A DNA stretch of 64,000 nt, from NCBI GenBank assembly GCA_018669005.1, contig JABJAL010000020.1:3117-67116 (forward strand), read 5' to 3'. The stretch comes from Nitrospinaceae bacterium. GTDB lineage: Bacteria; UBA8248. The notes beneath the pieces are model-generated. The model was not told the DNA's origin and made no database searches. It worked only from the letters and a program-made list of their open reading frames with translations. Below, piece by piece: positions 19,840 to 29,441 of this stretch. Every line of letters begins with the position of its first letter. The first letter of the stretch is position 1. A program made the position numbers and the translations under genes.

Positions 19840-21192
19840 TTGGAGATAACTGTAGTGAGCGATAATTTTGAGAGTACTCATGCGGGCTCAAAAGAGCTTT
19901 TCGCCAAAGCAGGCACCAGGCTCCCCGGTGGCCTCAATGGCGAGCTCCGCGCCGCCGACCCGTTTCCCCTCTTTATCGAGCGCGCCCAGGGCTCTCGCAA
20001 ATGGGACGCAGACGACAACGAGTACATCGACTATTCGATGGGCAGCGCCGCCCTGCTTCTCGGCCACGCCCACCCGGCCATCACCAGCGCCATCGTGCGC
20101 CAGGCCCCGCGGGGCACCCTCTATTCGGGCTTGACCGCCCTTGAGGTCGAATGGGCCACGCTCATCAGTGAACTCTACCCCTCGGCAAGACAGATACGCT
20201 TCACGGGCTCGGGCACCGAGGCCAACACCCTGGCCTTTCGCCTCGCCCGCGCCGCCACCGGCCGCGAGAAAATCCTCCGCTTCGAGGGCCACTTCCACGG
20301 CTGGGGCGATGACACCTCGGTCGGCATCAAGCTGCCCTTTGGTGAGCCCCACAGCCACGGCATCCTCCCCGCCGTGGACGCCGCCTCGGTCCTCTGCCAG
20401 GCCGACGCGGCAAGCGCAGCTGCCGCCATCGATGCCAACCCGGACATCGCCGCTATCGTGCTAGAGCCCTCTGGCGCCTCGTGGGGAACGGTGCCTATCC
20501 CCGATAATTTCCTCGAAGACCTGAGGCAGCTCGCCGATAAGAGCGGCGCGCTGCTCATTTTCGATGAAGTCATCACCGGCTTTCGCTGGAGCCCGGGCGG
20601 GATGCAGGCTTTATCCGGCGTAACCCCCGACATCACCACCCTGGCCAAGAACCTGACGGGCGGCCTGCCCGGCGGCGCCGTCGCCGGGAGCCCCGAGGTC
20701 ATGCGCCTCCTCGACCCAGCCGTTGAGTTCAAGGGCAAGCGCGCTGGCGTCTTCCACCGGGGCACCTTCAACGCCAATCCGCTATCGGCCGCCGCAGGCA
20801 TCGCCGCGCTCGGCATATTCAAAACCGGCGAGCCCCAGCGCCATGCCGACGCCATGGCGGCCCGCCTCCGCGAGGGAATGAACCGCGTCCTACTGCGCCG
20901 TGAAATCGCAGGCGCCGCCTACGGACCCTCGTCCACCTGCCACATCTATCTCGGCCCCGTGAAGCGCCCCGGCACCATCGATGGCCTCGGCGCCGCCGAG
21001 CTAAAAAGCATCCCGCCCAAAACGGTCGCGGCCCTCCAGCGCGCCCTCCGCGTTCGCGGCGTTGATCTGATGAGCTACACCGGGGGCGTCACCTCGGCAG
21101 CGCACACCGAGGCCGACATCGACAAAACGATAGACGTGTTTGATGAAGCTGCCAGCGCACTGGCAGAAAGCGGCACGGTCGAGCGGCTATAG
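19840..21192 (+). CDS. Class III aminotransferase (GSA aminomutase-like), paralog of 8641..10011
   Basis: WDADDNEYIDY, SGTEAN, LIFDEVITGFR, AKNLTGGLP, GTFNANP. Confidence 0.92.
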   Translation: MEITVVSDNFESTHAGSKELFAKAGTRLPGGLNGELRAADPFPLFIERAQGSRKWDADDNEYIDYSMGSAALLLGHAHPAITSAIVRQAPRGTLYSGLTALEVEWATLISELYPSARQIRFTGSGTEANTLAFRLARAATGREKILRFEGHFHGWGDDTSVGIKLPFGEPHSHGILPAVDAASVLCQADAASAAAAIDANPDIAAIVLEPSGASWGTVPIPDNFLEDLRQLADKSGALLIFDEVITGFRWSPGGMQALSGVTPDITTLAKNLTGGLPGGAVAGSPEVMRLLDPAVEFKGKRAGVFHRGTFNANPLSAAAGIAALGIFKTGEPQRHADAMAARLREGMNRVLLRREIAGAAYGPSSTCHIYLGPVKRPGTIDGLGAAELKSIPPKTVAALQRALRVRGVDLMSYTGGVTSAAHTEADIDKTIDVFDEAASALAESGTVERL

Positions 21193-21232
21193 TTTTTTTC
21201 AGAAAATAAATTACAGCAAGGAAAAGCGACGA

Positions 21233-22315
21233 TTACAACACCACAGGCTCGGTGTCTTTCAAGAGGGGCATTACCTCGCGGCCAAAAATTTCGGCCTCCT
21301 CCAAATGCGGCCAGCCCGAGAGGATAAACGTCCCGCACCCGGCCTCTACGTATTCGCGCAAAGCGCCCGCCACCATGTCGGGGGTGCCCACCAGGGTTGC
21401 CCCGGCCCCGGCCCTGACCGCGTTGACCCCCATCCAGAGCGTATCCGTCACCCAGAGAGAGTCCCTTGCGCCCAGCGCGTTCATGCGCCGCTGGCCCTCG
21501 CTCTCGGTCTTGTTGCGCATGTCGGACCACACCTGAATGTTCGAGATATCCGTCCCCTCAATCATCGCCTCGGCCGCCCGGCGGGCCTCGGCCTTTGTCT
21601 CGCGGCAGACGATGTGCATCCTTAAGCCAAGTGTTATCTCGTCCGCTCTTCCAAACTCGGCGGCGCGTTTTTTCATATCCTCTGCATCCTGCGCGGCCTC
21701 CTCGACCTCGCCCGTCCACATCATGTGCACATCGGCATGCCGCGCCCCGCAGCGCCGCCCGGCATCCGAGCTTGCGCCAAGGTAAATCGGCGGATAGGGC
21801 TTGTTGACGGGTTTTGCGTAGATCACAGCCCCCTCGACCTCGTACAAATCTCCTTTGTGATCAACCGGGCCCTCCCCGCGCCAGACAGATTTCACGATAT
21901 CGAGAAACTCATCGGTTCGCGCATAACGCTCATCGTGGTTCAAATAATCGCCATAGCGCTTTTGGTCCACCGCCGTTGAGCCCGTCACCACATTCACCGT
22001 GAGGCGGCCCCCCGTTATGATGTCGAACGTTGCCGCCTGCTGGGCCGTCAACACCGGGCTCATTAATCCGGGCCGGAACGCCACGCAGAATTTAATCTTG
22101 TCCGTTCGCTCCGCAATGGCCGCCGACATCACCCAGCCGTCCATGCAATGCGTCCCCGTGGGCACGAGCAGGTTCACGAACCCCGCCCCCTCGGCGGCTC
22201 TTGCCACCTCGCTCAGATATTCCACCGTCGGCGGGCGCTCGGCCACCTTGGCGTTAATCTTGTGGCCGTCCCCGTACTGCCCCGTTGGCAGGAACCAGGC
22301 GTATTCGGTCGGCAT
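21233..22315 (-). CDS. LLM class monooxygenase, SsuD/alkanesulfonate monooxygenase-like
   Basis: WFLPT..GDG, LVPTGTHC.D.W, AFRPG, NVVTG, HDERYARTDEFL, LVGTP, ILSGWPHLEEA. Confidence 0.88.
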   Translation of the reverse strand: MPTEYAWFLPTGQYGDGHKINAKVAERPPTVEYLSEVARAAEGAGFVNLLVPTGTHCMDGWVMSAAIAERTDKIKFCVAFRPGLMSPVLTAQQAATFDIITGGRLTVNVVTGSTAVDQKRYGDYLNHDERYARTDEFLDIVKSVWRGEGPVDHKGDLYEVEGAVIYAKPVNKPYPPIYLGASSDAGRRCGARHADVHMMWTGEVEEAAQDAEDMKKRAAEFGRADEITLGLRMHIVCRETKAEARRAAEAMIEGTDISNIQVWSDMRNKTESEGQRRMNALGARDSLWVTDTLWMGVNAVRAGAGATLVGTPDMVAGALREYVEAGCGTFILSGWPHLEEAEIFGREVMPLLKDTEPVVL

Positions 22316-22396
22316 TAATAAGCCTCCGCGTTTATGAATCGGATGATTGTATGGGGAAAGGATAGCATGGCGGGGGGGATGGGAAGAACCGATGTT

Positions 22397-22429
22397 CCCT
22401 CTCCCCCCGGGAGAGGGTTAGGGTGAGGG
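22397..22429. repeat. Palindromic extragenic element resembling BoxC-type repeats
   Basis: CCCTCTCCC-CCC-GGGAGAGGG hairpin followed by TTAGGGTGAGGG. Confidence 0.65.
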
Positions 22430-22452
22430 AAAAACGAGAACACCCATCTCCA

Positions 22453-23190
22453 TCAATCAACCGGATCGATATCGAGCCCGTATTCTTTTTCCTTGATTCG
22501 CGCCTCGTAAAATTGGAGTGGCGAACTTCTTTTCTTCTCCCATTCACGAAAAAGAATCTTGTAATCCTCTTCCATCCGACAACCAAAAATTATACCTTTC
22601 AAAAGTTCTTCTGGAAATTTCCGAGTAGTGCTTGCTAAATTAAACGCAAAAATTCTTCGTTCTTTTTCATATTCCCATTTCCTTGATTTAGATAAGAACA
22701 TATTTTCCAAATCTTTCTCGGGAGAATGAGAGAGAGGATCGACTATTGGATATTCATTTGAATAGTTAACCTTTCGGGCACTTCCAAAAAAAGAAGTTTC
22801 ATTTGGCACCTCGAACTCCAAACAGAATCCTTGGTGTGAACTTGAGTAATGCGAATACATTAAAATTTCATCATTAATTTCACTGAAACAACATAGACCT
22901 ACTCCCATATTTTCACATTCTTTTAAAAAATTATTTCTAATTGTCGTCTCTAATTTTGTCTTATCTATCATTGCCATGTGTTCGGGGGTAATTTCTATTA
23001 ATTCTCCAACAAATTTTTCTTTGTCTTCTTCTGTTTCTCCAATTCTAAATCCAGGCCGACAATCAAATGGATCGTTAAAATCCAGTGGCGAGGAAAAATA
23101 TATTTCACTATCACAGATCAGACTTCTGGCGTGTTTCAACTCTTCCGTTGTGCTCAATGACTTGTATTTATAAAGAGTTGAAATACTCAT
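22453..23190 (-). CDS. DUF2971 family protein (AT-rich)
   Basis: LYKY, FNDPFD, CFSE....LMYSHYS.SH.GFCLEF, KS..WEYEKE.R, IIFGC. Confidence 0.8.
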   Translation of the reverse strand: MSISTLYKYKSLSTTEELKHARSLICDSEIYFSSPLDFNDPFDCRPGFRIGETEEDKEKFVGELIEITPEHMAMIDKTKLETTIRNNFLKECENMGVGLCCFSEINDEILMYSHYSSSHQGFCLEFEVPNETSFFGSARKVNYSNEYPIVDPLSHSPEKDLENMFLSKSRKWEYEKERRIFAFNLASTTRKFPEELLKGIIFGCRMEEDYKILFREWEKKRSSPLQFYEARIKEKEYGLDIDPVD

Positions 23191-26100
23191 CTTGCCCCCC
23201 CCTCACCTTCCCCGTTGCCTTCTCATCAACTTCAAACGTCTCGGGGTCAACAACCACGCCATAATCCTCCCGCGCGCTTTTAACCGAAACAACTCCGTCT
23301 TTCACATCGGCAGCAACGGTCTCAAAGGGGCGATCAAATGGCTCGCCAAACCCGCCGCCACCCGGCCCCTCAATAAGGAGCCTGCCGGGGGGAAGATCGA
23401 CGTTGGCGTACTGGGGAAGGTCGGAAAGTTTGCCGTTTTCACCGAACATAACGCGCGCGATGGCGCCGGGGCCGCCGCCATGAAGACCAAAAGTCGTGAC
23501 CGTTCGGCAAGATTCCCCCCTCGTTGAGCACGAAACAGGGGCATCGATTTCGGCCTCATAGTAAACGCCCGTGCCCCCGCGCCAGCGGCCGGGGCCGCCC
23601 CCGTCCATGCGAAGCTCTTGCCTGATAAAGCGCACCGGGTAGTCTTGCTCGTAGTGCTCTAAGTTCGGAATGGTGAGCGCCCCCAGGGTGGGCATGTTCC
23701 CGATGAGGGGAAAGCCGTCGCGGCCCTCGACTGCCCCCGCGCCGGGGCCGCCCCCCCAGTGGTAGACAACAAAAAACTCGCCGCGCACATCAAAGCCCGC
23801 CGTTACCGGGTAGGCGGTTTTGGCCCAGGCCGCAGACACGCGGCCCGGCGCGACATCTGCCAGCGCCTTCCAGACGCACTGGGCAATCTCGTGCGAGGGA
23901 AAGACGGTGCAAAGCGTCACCGGGGCCGGAAACGAGGCGTTCACGACGGTGCCTGCGGGCGCAATGATTTTGATGGGCCGGTAGGTGCCCTCGTTGTGGG
24001 GAATGAGCGGGTCCATCATCGAGGAGAGGCCAACATAAAGGGCCGAGCAGGTGTTGGCGATGGGGCTGTTCTTGTAGCCCTTCATCTGGGGAGCCGAGCC
24101 CGTGAAATCTGCGGTGATGTCGGTGCCTTTTTTCGTGAGCGTGAGTTTTACGGGAATCTCGGCGGGCTCAAAACAATCGGTATTCATGTACTCGGTGGCG
24201 GTGTAAACACCGTCGGGTATCACCTCAAGCTCGGCGCGCATCAGGGCCTCGGAGTAATCCAAAAGCCCCGAGAGCCCGGCAACAAGCGCGGCCTGCCCCA
24301 TTTCCGCGCCAATCTCGGCAAGGCGTTTTGAGCCAATGTGGGTGCTCCCCACCATGGCGGCAAAATCGTGGGCAATCACCTCGGGGGCGCGGGTGTTGGC
24401 GAGGATAAGACGGATAAGATCGGCGCGCGCCTCGCCCCTCTCGTGGATTTTTACCGGGGTGATCCTGAATCCTTCGTGGAAAATTTCTGTGGCATCAGAA
24501 TTATAGGTCCCGATGACGCCGCCGCCCACATCGACCTGGTGCGCTCGATTCGAGACAAATCCGGCCAGATCGCCTCCCACGAACACCGGGGCGATGACGG
24601 TCCAGTCGGGCAGGTGGTTGCCGCCCCCCATGTAGGGATCGTTTAAGAGAAATAAATCGCCGGGATTAATGTCGCCTGCAAAATCTTTTAACACCCCCCG
24701 TACGGCAAAACCGCCGCTGCCGGTGTGGATGGGCAGGCCGTCGGCCTGGGAAACAAGGTGGCCCTCGGGGTCGCAAATAAAACATGAGAAATCGTGTGCC
24801 TGGCTAAAGATGGTCGAGCGGGCCGTGCGCTGCATGATGATGCCCATCTCGCGGGCAATGACGTCGAGGCGCTGCTGCAAGATGGCAAGGCTGATGGGGT
24901 CTGTGGCCCCGGTTTTCACATTTTTTGGGGACTCAACTTCGACGGCTTTAGCCGGGGCGGCCCCAACCGGGGCGACTTCGATAATGAATGCGCCACCGCC
25001 GCCCAGGCGAAGGGTATCGCCGGGCTCGATGAGAATCGTGGTGGTCGGCTCCTCGACGATGGCCGGGCCCTCGACAACGGAGGCGGCGATTAAATCACTT
25101 CCGCGCCAGACGGCGGCCTCCTCCCAGCTACCGGTTGCCTCGAAATAAGCGCGGCGATGAGATTGAGGCTGCGCCACGACGTCGGCACCGGGCGCTGTGT
25201 CAAAAACAAGGGGTGGTTGTTCGGCCTCGGCACGGACCCTGAAGCCGGTAATCTCGACGGGCTCGCCGGGGCGATGGTGGCCGTAGGTTGATTTGTGGGT
25301 CTCGTGAAAGCGCTCGGCAATGCTAGTGGCTGCACCATCGTTTAATGTGCACTCGACCTCAACAGAAAGGTGCCAGGCCTGGCCGGGGTAGCGCATGTCC
25401 AGGGCCGAGGTGAGGGTGAAATCCCCTGGGGCGCTTCCGGCGCTCTCAATATCGCGTGCGAGCTCTTCCCTGAGGGTATTGATTTCGCCCTCAAGGACCG
25501 AGGCGGGGGTCTCATCTAGCCGCAACGTTCGGCTTTTCAATCGGTTATATCGAATCGGGCTCCCCGCCATCCCGACGGCACACACCCCTGCCGCCTCGCG
25601 CGGAACGATGATGTGCGACATGTGGCAGTGGCGCGCCACCGCCGCCGCCGAGAGCCCTCCTGCCCCGCCGCCCGCGACGAGGGCCATCTGCCGGGGGTCG
25701 GCCCCGTGCCGCGCACATATTGTCTCGACTGCGCCCGCCATCTGGCGGCTCGCCAGTCGAACCGCGCCCGCCGCCGCCTCGGGGACGCTCATCCCCAGCG
25801 CCTCGGCCACCCTTGCGAAGGCTGACTCGGCTTTCTCCGCGCTCAACGGCATCTCGCCATCCAGCAGCCCGCGCGGGTCCAACCGACCCAGAATGAGATG
25901 GGCATCCGTGATGGTGGGCCGCTCACCACCTTTTCCATAGCTCGCAGGACCCGGCTCGGCTCCCGCGCTATCGGGCCCCACACGGAGCCCTCCGCCCGGA
26001 TCCGCCCAGACGATGGCGCCGCCCCCGGTGCCGATGGTGTGTACCTCAACAGAGGGAAGCGCCACGTGATAGCCGCCGACGGCGGACTGATCCACCATCC

Positions 26101-27028
26101 CCGGCTTTCCATCGCGCAGGAGGGTAACATCACAACTGGTACCGCCCATGTCGAAGAAAACGGCGCTTTTGACCCCGCCCGCCTCGGCATAAATTCGCCC
26201 CGCCGCCGCGCCCGCTGCAGGCCCGGAGAGAACAAGGGAGGCCGGATGACGGCGGCAGTGGGCCACGGTCGCCATCCCACCGTTGCTCTGAAGGAGCATG
26301 AGGGGCCCCTCATAGCCCATATTCCGAAGCGCATTTTCTAGTTCCTGGAGATAACCAGAAATGCGCGGGCCAAGAAAGGCGCTGACCGCCGCCGTCGAGG
26401 TGCGCTCGTACTCACCCATGATTGGCGCTGTGTGCGATGACAGGGTGATGTAGGCGTCCGGAAGCGCTTTGGCAAGAATTTCGCCAGCACGCTCTTCATG
26501 GGATGGGTTTAGATAGGCGTTGAACAGACAAACGGCTATGGCCTCGACTTTTTCACGCACAAAAATCTCCGCCGCCAGATCGACACTGGCCTCATCGAGC
26601 GGAGCTGTCTCCTCCCCTCCCCGGCCGATTCTCCCAACCACCGGAAGGCTGAGATGACGCGGAACCAGCAAGGGCGGATTGGGTGCCCGATGGTCCCAAA
26701 CATTTTCACGCAAACCCCTACGGATGGTCAGTGCGTCACGGAAACCCTCTGTCGTGAGTAGTCCGGCTCTAGCTCCCTTTCCGGTGAGCAGGGCATTCGT
26801 CGCAACCGTCGTGCCGTGGACGAAACACCCACAGGCACTAAGAAGTGTTTTCGTGTCGATATTCAACATGGCGGCAGCGCGCCCCAGAGCCTCGACAACA
26901 CCTTCCTCGGGGCTAAACGGGCGCGAGGCCGCCTTGGCCAGGCATATAATTCGCCCGCCGTCATCGGCGATGACAAGATCGGTAAACGTGCCACCAACAT
27001 CGACACCGATGCGGTAGGTAGGCCCCAT
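23168..27028 (-). CDS. Hydantoinase/oxoprolinase A+B fusion protein
   Basis: GVDVGGTFTD, HGTTVATNA, SGPAAG, DMGGTS.D, SAGAEPGP; B part HDFSC, NDPY.GGNHLPD, H..DVGG, GGGGFG. Confidence 0.92.
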   Translation of the reverse strand: MGPTYRIGVDVGGTFTDLVIADDGGRIICLAKAASRPFSPEEGVVEALGRAAAMLNIDTKTLLSACGCFVHGTTVATNALLTGKGARAGLLTTEGFRDALTIRRGLRENVWDHRAPNPPLLVPRHLSLPVVGRIGRGGEETAPLDEASVDLAAEIFVREKVEAIAVCLFNAYLNPSHEERAGEILAKALPDAYITLSSHTAPIMGEYERTSTAAVSAFLGPRISGYLQELENALRNMGYEGPLMLLQSNGGMATVAHCRRHPASLVLSGPAAGAAAGRIYAEAGGVKSAVFFDMGGTSCDVTLLRDGKPGMVDQSAVGGYHVALPSVEVHTIGTGGGAIVWADPGGGLRVGPDSAGAEPGPASYGKGGERPTITDAHLILGRLDPRGLLDGEMPLSAEKAESAFARVAEALGMSVPEAAAGAVRLASRQMAGAVETICARHGADPRQMALVAGGGAGGLSAAAVARHCHMSHIIVPREAAGVCAVGMAGSPIRYNRLKSRTLRLDETPASVLEGEINTLREELARDIESAGSAPGDFTLTSALDMRYPGQAWHLSVEVECTLNDGAATSIAERFHETHKSTYGHHRPGEPVEITGFRVRAEAEQPPLVFDTAPGADVVAQPQSHRRAYFEATGSWEEAAVWRGSDLIAASVVEGPAIVEEPTTTILIEPGDTLRLGGGGAFIIEVAPVGAAPAKAVEVESPKNVKTGATDPISLAILQQRLDVIAREMGIIMQRTARSTIFSQAHDFSCFICDPEGHLVSQADGLPIHTGSGGFAVRGVLKDFAGDINPGDLFLLNDPYMGGGNHLPDWTVIAPVFVGGDLAGFVSNRAHQVDVGGGVIGTYNSDATEIFHEGFRITPVKIHERGEARADLIRLILANTRAPEVIAHDFAAMVGSTHIGSKRLAEIGAEMGQAALVAGLSGLLDYSEALMRAELEVIPDGVYTATEYMNTDCFEPAEIPVKLTLTKKGTDITADFTGSAPQMKGYKNSPIANTCSALYVGLSSMMDPLIPHNEGTYRPIKIIAPAGTVVNASFPAPVTLCTVFPSHEIAQCVWKALADVAPGRVSAAWAKTAYPVTAGFDVRGEFFVVYHWGGGPGAGAVEGRDGFPLIGNMPTLGALTIPNLEHYEQDYPVRFIRQELRMDGGGPGRWRGGTGVYYEAEIDAPVSCSTRGESCRTVTTFGLHGGGPGAIARVMFGENGKLSDLPQYANVDLPPGRLLIEGPGGGGFGEPFDRPFETVAADVKDGVVSVKSAREDYGVVVDPETFEVDEKATGKVRGGQDEYFNSL

Positions 27029-27072
27029 GTTTTTCCCTTTCAAAAAATATCGACTGCAAGGTAGGTGACTGA

Positions 27073-27855
27073 CTACTGGAGAGTAAGTCCACCATCCATG
27101 ACGAAAAGGCCGCCCGTCACATAGGAAGAAGCTGGCGAGCAAAGATAGATCACTAGCGGAGGCATCTCCTCGGGCTGGCCAACACGGCCCATCGGCATTT
27201 TTTTCACATAAGCGGCAAGCGCCTCGGGATTGCTCATCAAGGGCTCTCCCATGTCAGTGTCAAACTGGCCAGGGACAATTGTATTTACCCTAATACCGAG
27301 TGGTGCCCAATCCACCGCCATGGCCTGAGTGAGGTTATGGACAGCGGCCTTGCTTGCCGCATAAACGGGCAGGCCGGGCCGGGCGCGGAGACCGGCAACG
27401 GAGCCGAAATTCACGATGCGCCCGCCGCCTGATTTTTGAACCTCCGGCTTTTGCATATGGGGAACCGCAGAAGTGCAAAGGCGAAAGGTGCCGTAAACAT
27501 TTACGGCAAATGTGCTCTCAAGTTCATCATCCGAGGTATCAAGAAGGCCTACCCGGGGACAGATTCCCGCCGCGTTAACGAGCACATCAAGGCGACCCAT
27601 CTCTCCCGCCACTTTTTCGACCGATTCCCTCGCCGAGACAGGATCCGCCACATCGAGCGGACAAACAAAAGCGCGACGGCCCAAAGCCCGGATTTCCCCG
27701 GCCACTTCCTCAAGAAGATCGGCTCTGGTTGCGCCCAAGGCAACATCGGCCCCGGCCTCTGCAAGCGCTAATGAAACGGCGCGCCCGAGACCACGACTCG
27801 CGCCTGTGACAAACGCGGCAGAACCACTCAAGTCAAACCCTTTCATTCCAGCCAT
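27073..27855 (-). CDS. SDR family oxidoreductase
   Basis: TGASRGLG, NAAG, YAASK. Confidence 0.93.
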   Translation of the reverse strand: MAGMKGFDLSGSAAFVTGASRGLGRAVSLALAEAGADVALGATRADLLEEVAGEIRALGRRAFVCPLDVADPVSARESVEKVAGEMGRLDVLVNAAGICPRVGLLDTSDDELESTFAVNVYGTFRLCTSAVPHMQKPEVQKSGGGRIVNFGSVAGLRARPGLPVYAASKAAVHNLTQAMAVDWAPLGIRVNTIVPGQFDTDMGEPLMSNPEALAAYVKKMPMGRVGQPEEMPPLVIYLCSPASSYVTGGLFVMDGGLTLQ

Positions 27856-27885
27856 TGTCTTTCACCCTTTCCGATGCACAAGAAA

Positions 27886-28434
27886 TTATTTCAGGGGATT
27901 TTCTTTTCCATCGGGAATTTCCACCTGGCAGGCGTTCAGCGTCATCGACACGCCTGTGTAGTGACCGATGAGTCCGATTACGTCGATCACACCATTTTGA
28001 CCGAACTGATCGAGGGCCTTTTGAAAAACGGCGTCACTCACTTCGTGAGTCTCATGCAGCGCGGTGCAAAAATCATAGAGCGCCTCCTCATCGGGCTGCA
28101 TGTTCTCGGGTCGCCGACTCTCGGAGATCGCTTTGATAATCTCGGGGTCAAGGCCGCCCTTCAGGGCATGAGGCTCATGAGCGAACCACTCGTATTGCGC
28201 CTTCCAGAAACGCGCTGTGATCAATATCGCCATTTCGCTAAGGCGCGGGGACAAGGCGCTATCGTAGCGCAGGAACCCCCCCACCTTTTCGAGAACATCG
28301 AGATAACCCGCGCTGTGGACCCACATATGAAAAGGCCCCCGAAATCCGCCGCGCTTGCCCGAAGTGATCCGGTCGTGAATTTTCCGTTGCTTGTCGCTGT
28401 ATTCATCAACTGACATAACTGGTAAACGTGACAT
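27886..28434 (-). CDS. Carboxymuconolactone decarboxylase (AhpD-like) family protein
   Basis: RGPF..W.HS, EMAILITAR, YEWFAH, G.IDVIGLIGHY. Confidence 0.85.
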   Translation of the reverse strand: MSRLPVMSVDEYSDKQRKIHDRITSGKRGGFRGPFHMWVHSAGYLDVLEKVGGFLRYDSALSPRLSEMAILITARFWKAQYEWFAHEPHALKGGLDPEIIKAISESRRPENMQPDEEALYDFCTALHETHEVSDAVFQKALDQFGQNGVIDVIGLIGHYTGVSMTLNACQVEIPDGKENPLK

Positions 28435-28661
28435 TTCATCTCCTGATGGATGTGACCCTTCTCCACGGAACCGGCCTACAAGGCGTCCCTGCCCGTCTCA
28501 TAGCGGGCCGTCGAAGGATGAATCGTTGAATACCTACAAGGTAAATGGGAAGGCGAGGCGGGCGCAACCCTTGGAGGGAAAGTCTGCAAATCAAATTCAA
28601 ATAGGCTACATTTGAGCCTTGCAAATCAAGTTTTACTAATTTTCAGCCCAAGGAGATCACC

Positions 28662-28991
28662 ATGCAATATTTCTACGATTTAAACCAAATTGATGAGCAA
28701 GACATGCCGGGGCGAAAGCGCCAATTGGTCGTTGGTAAAGATGTCATGCTCGTCTATATCGAGCGGGAGGCGGGCACTACACAAGAACATACCCACGACA
28801 ACGAGCAGCTTGTCTATTTACAGAAAGGAAAAGCCCGCTTTACCGTCGAAGGCGAGACCCGCGAGATTGAGGCGCCCGGCGTGGTTCATATCCCCAAGGG
28901 GGTCCTCCACGGTGTCGAGGCGCTGACGCCGATAACCTATATTGGAATTTATACGCCCCCGCGAGAAGCTGTCATTAACGCAACGGCGTAG
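28662..28991 (+). CDS. Cupin domain protein
   Basis: HTHDNEQ...G...IPKGVLHG; AAGGAG RBS. Confidence 0.88.
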   Translation: MQYFYDLNQIDEQDMPGRKRQLVVGKDVMLVYIEREAGTTQEHTHDNEQLVYLQKGKARFTVEGETREIEAPGVVHIPKGVLHGVEALTPITYIGIYTPPREAVINATA

Positions 28992-28998
28992 CTCAAGT

Positions 28999-29403
28999 TT
29001 ACTCGGGCGCCTCCCAGCCTTCGGCTTTTAGCTCCTCCATCGCCTCTAGCATGCAGGTGACGCCGTAGGTCAGCACCTTGGCCCCGCAAGGATTCACGCA
29101 CACCATCAGCGCCTCGCCAATCTCCTCGGGCTTAAGCCCGAGTTGCAAACCCTTTTTAAGGTGTTGGCGGAGGTGGGGCTGGTTATGGGGGTTCGAGCCC
29201 GCCACGGCGAGAGCGAGAATGTGAAACAGCTCGTGCATCCTCTCATCAAAGAGACGGTCTTTTTCGCGGATAACTTCGTCCAGATTGAGAAGCGCCTCCA
29301 TGTAGTCTGGAAATTTTTCTGCAATAAACTCGTGGGCCGGATAGCGCCTGCCGCGTTTTGCGGCGATTCTATCGGCGAGTGATTTAGCGCTCTCAGTGTT
29401 CAT
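28999..29403 (-). CDS. CMD/AhpD-like small protein
   Basis: ELFHILALA...HLKKGLQLGLKPEEIGEAL. Confidence 0.7.
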   Translation of the reverse strand: MNTESAKSLADRIAAKRGRRYPAHEFIAEKFPDYMEALLNLDEVIREKDRLFDERMHELFHILALAVAGSNPHNQPHLRQHLKKGLQLGLKPEEIGEALMVCVNPCGAKVLTYGVTCMLEAMEELKAEGWEAPE

Positions 29404-29441
29404 ACTCTCTCCTCATGAATGATTCATAAATAAATCCAACC

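Noticed and set aside
22418..22429. Telomere-like TTAGGG
   Set aside because: Single copy, part of the BoxC-like palindromic element.
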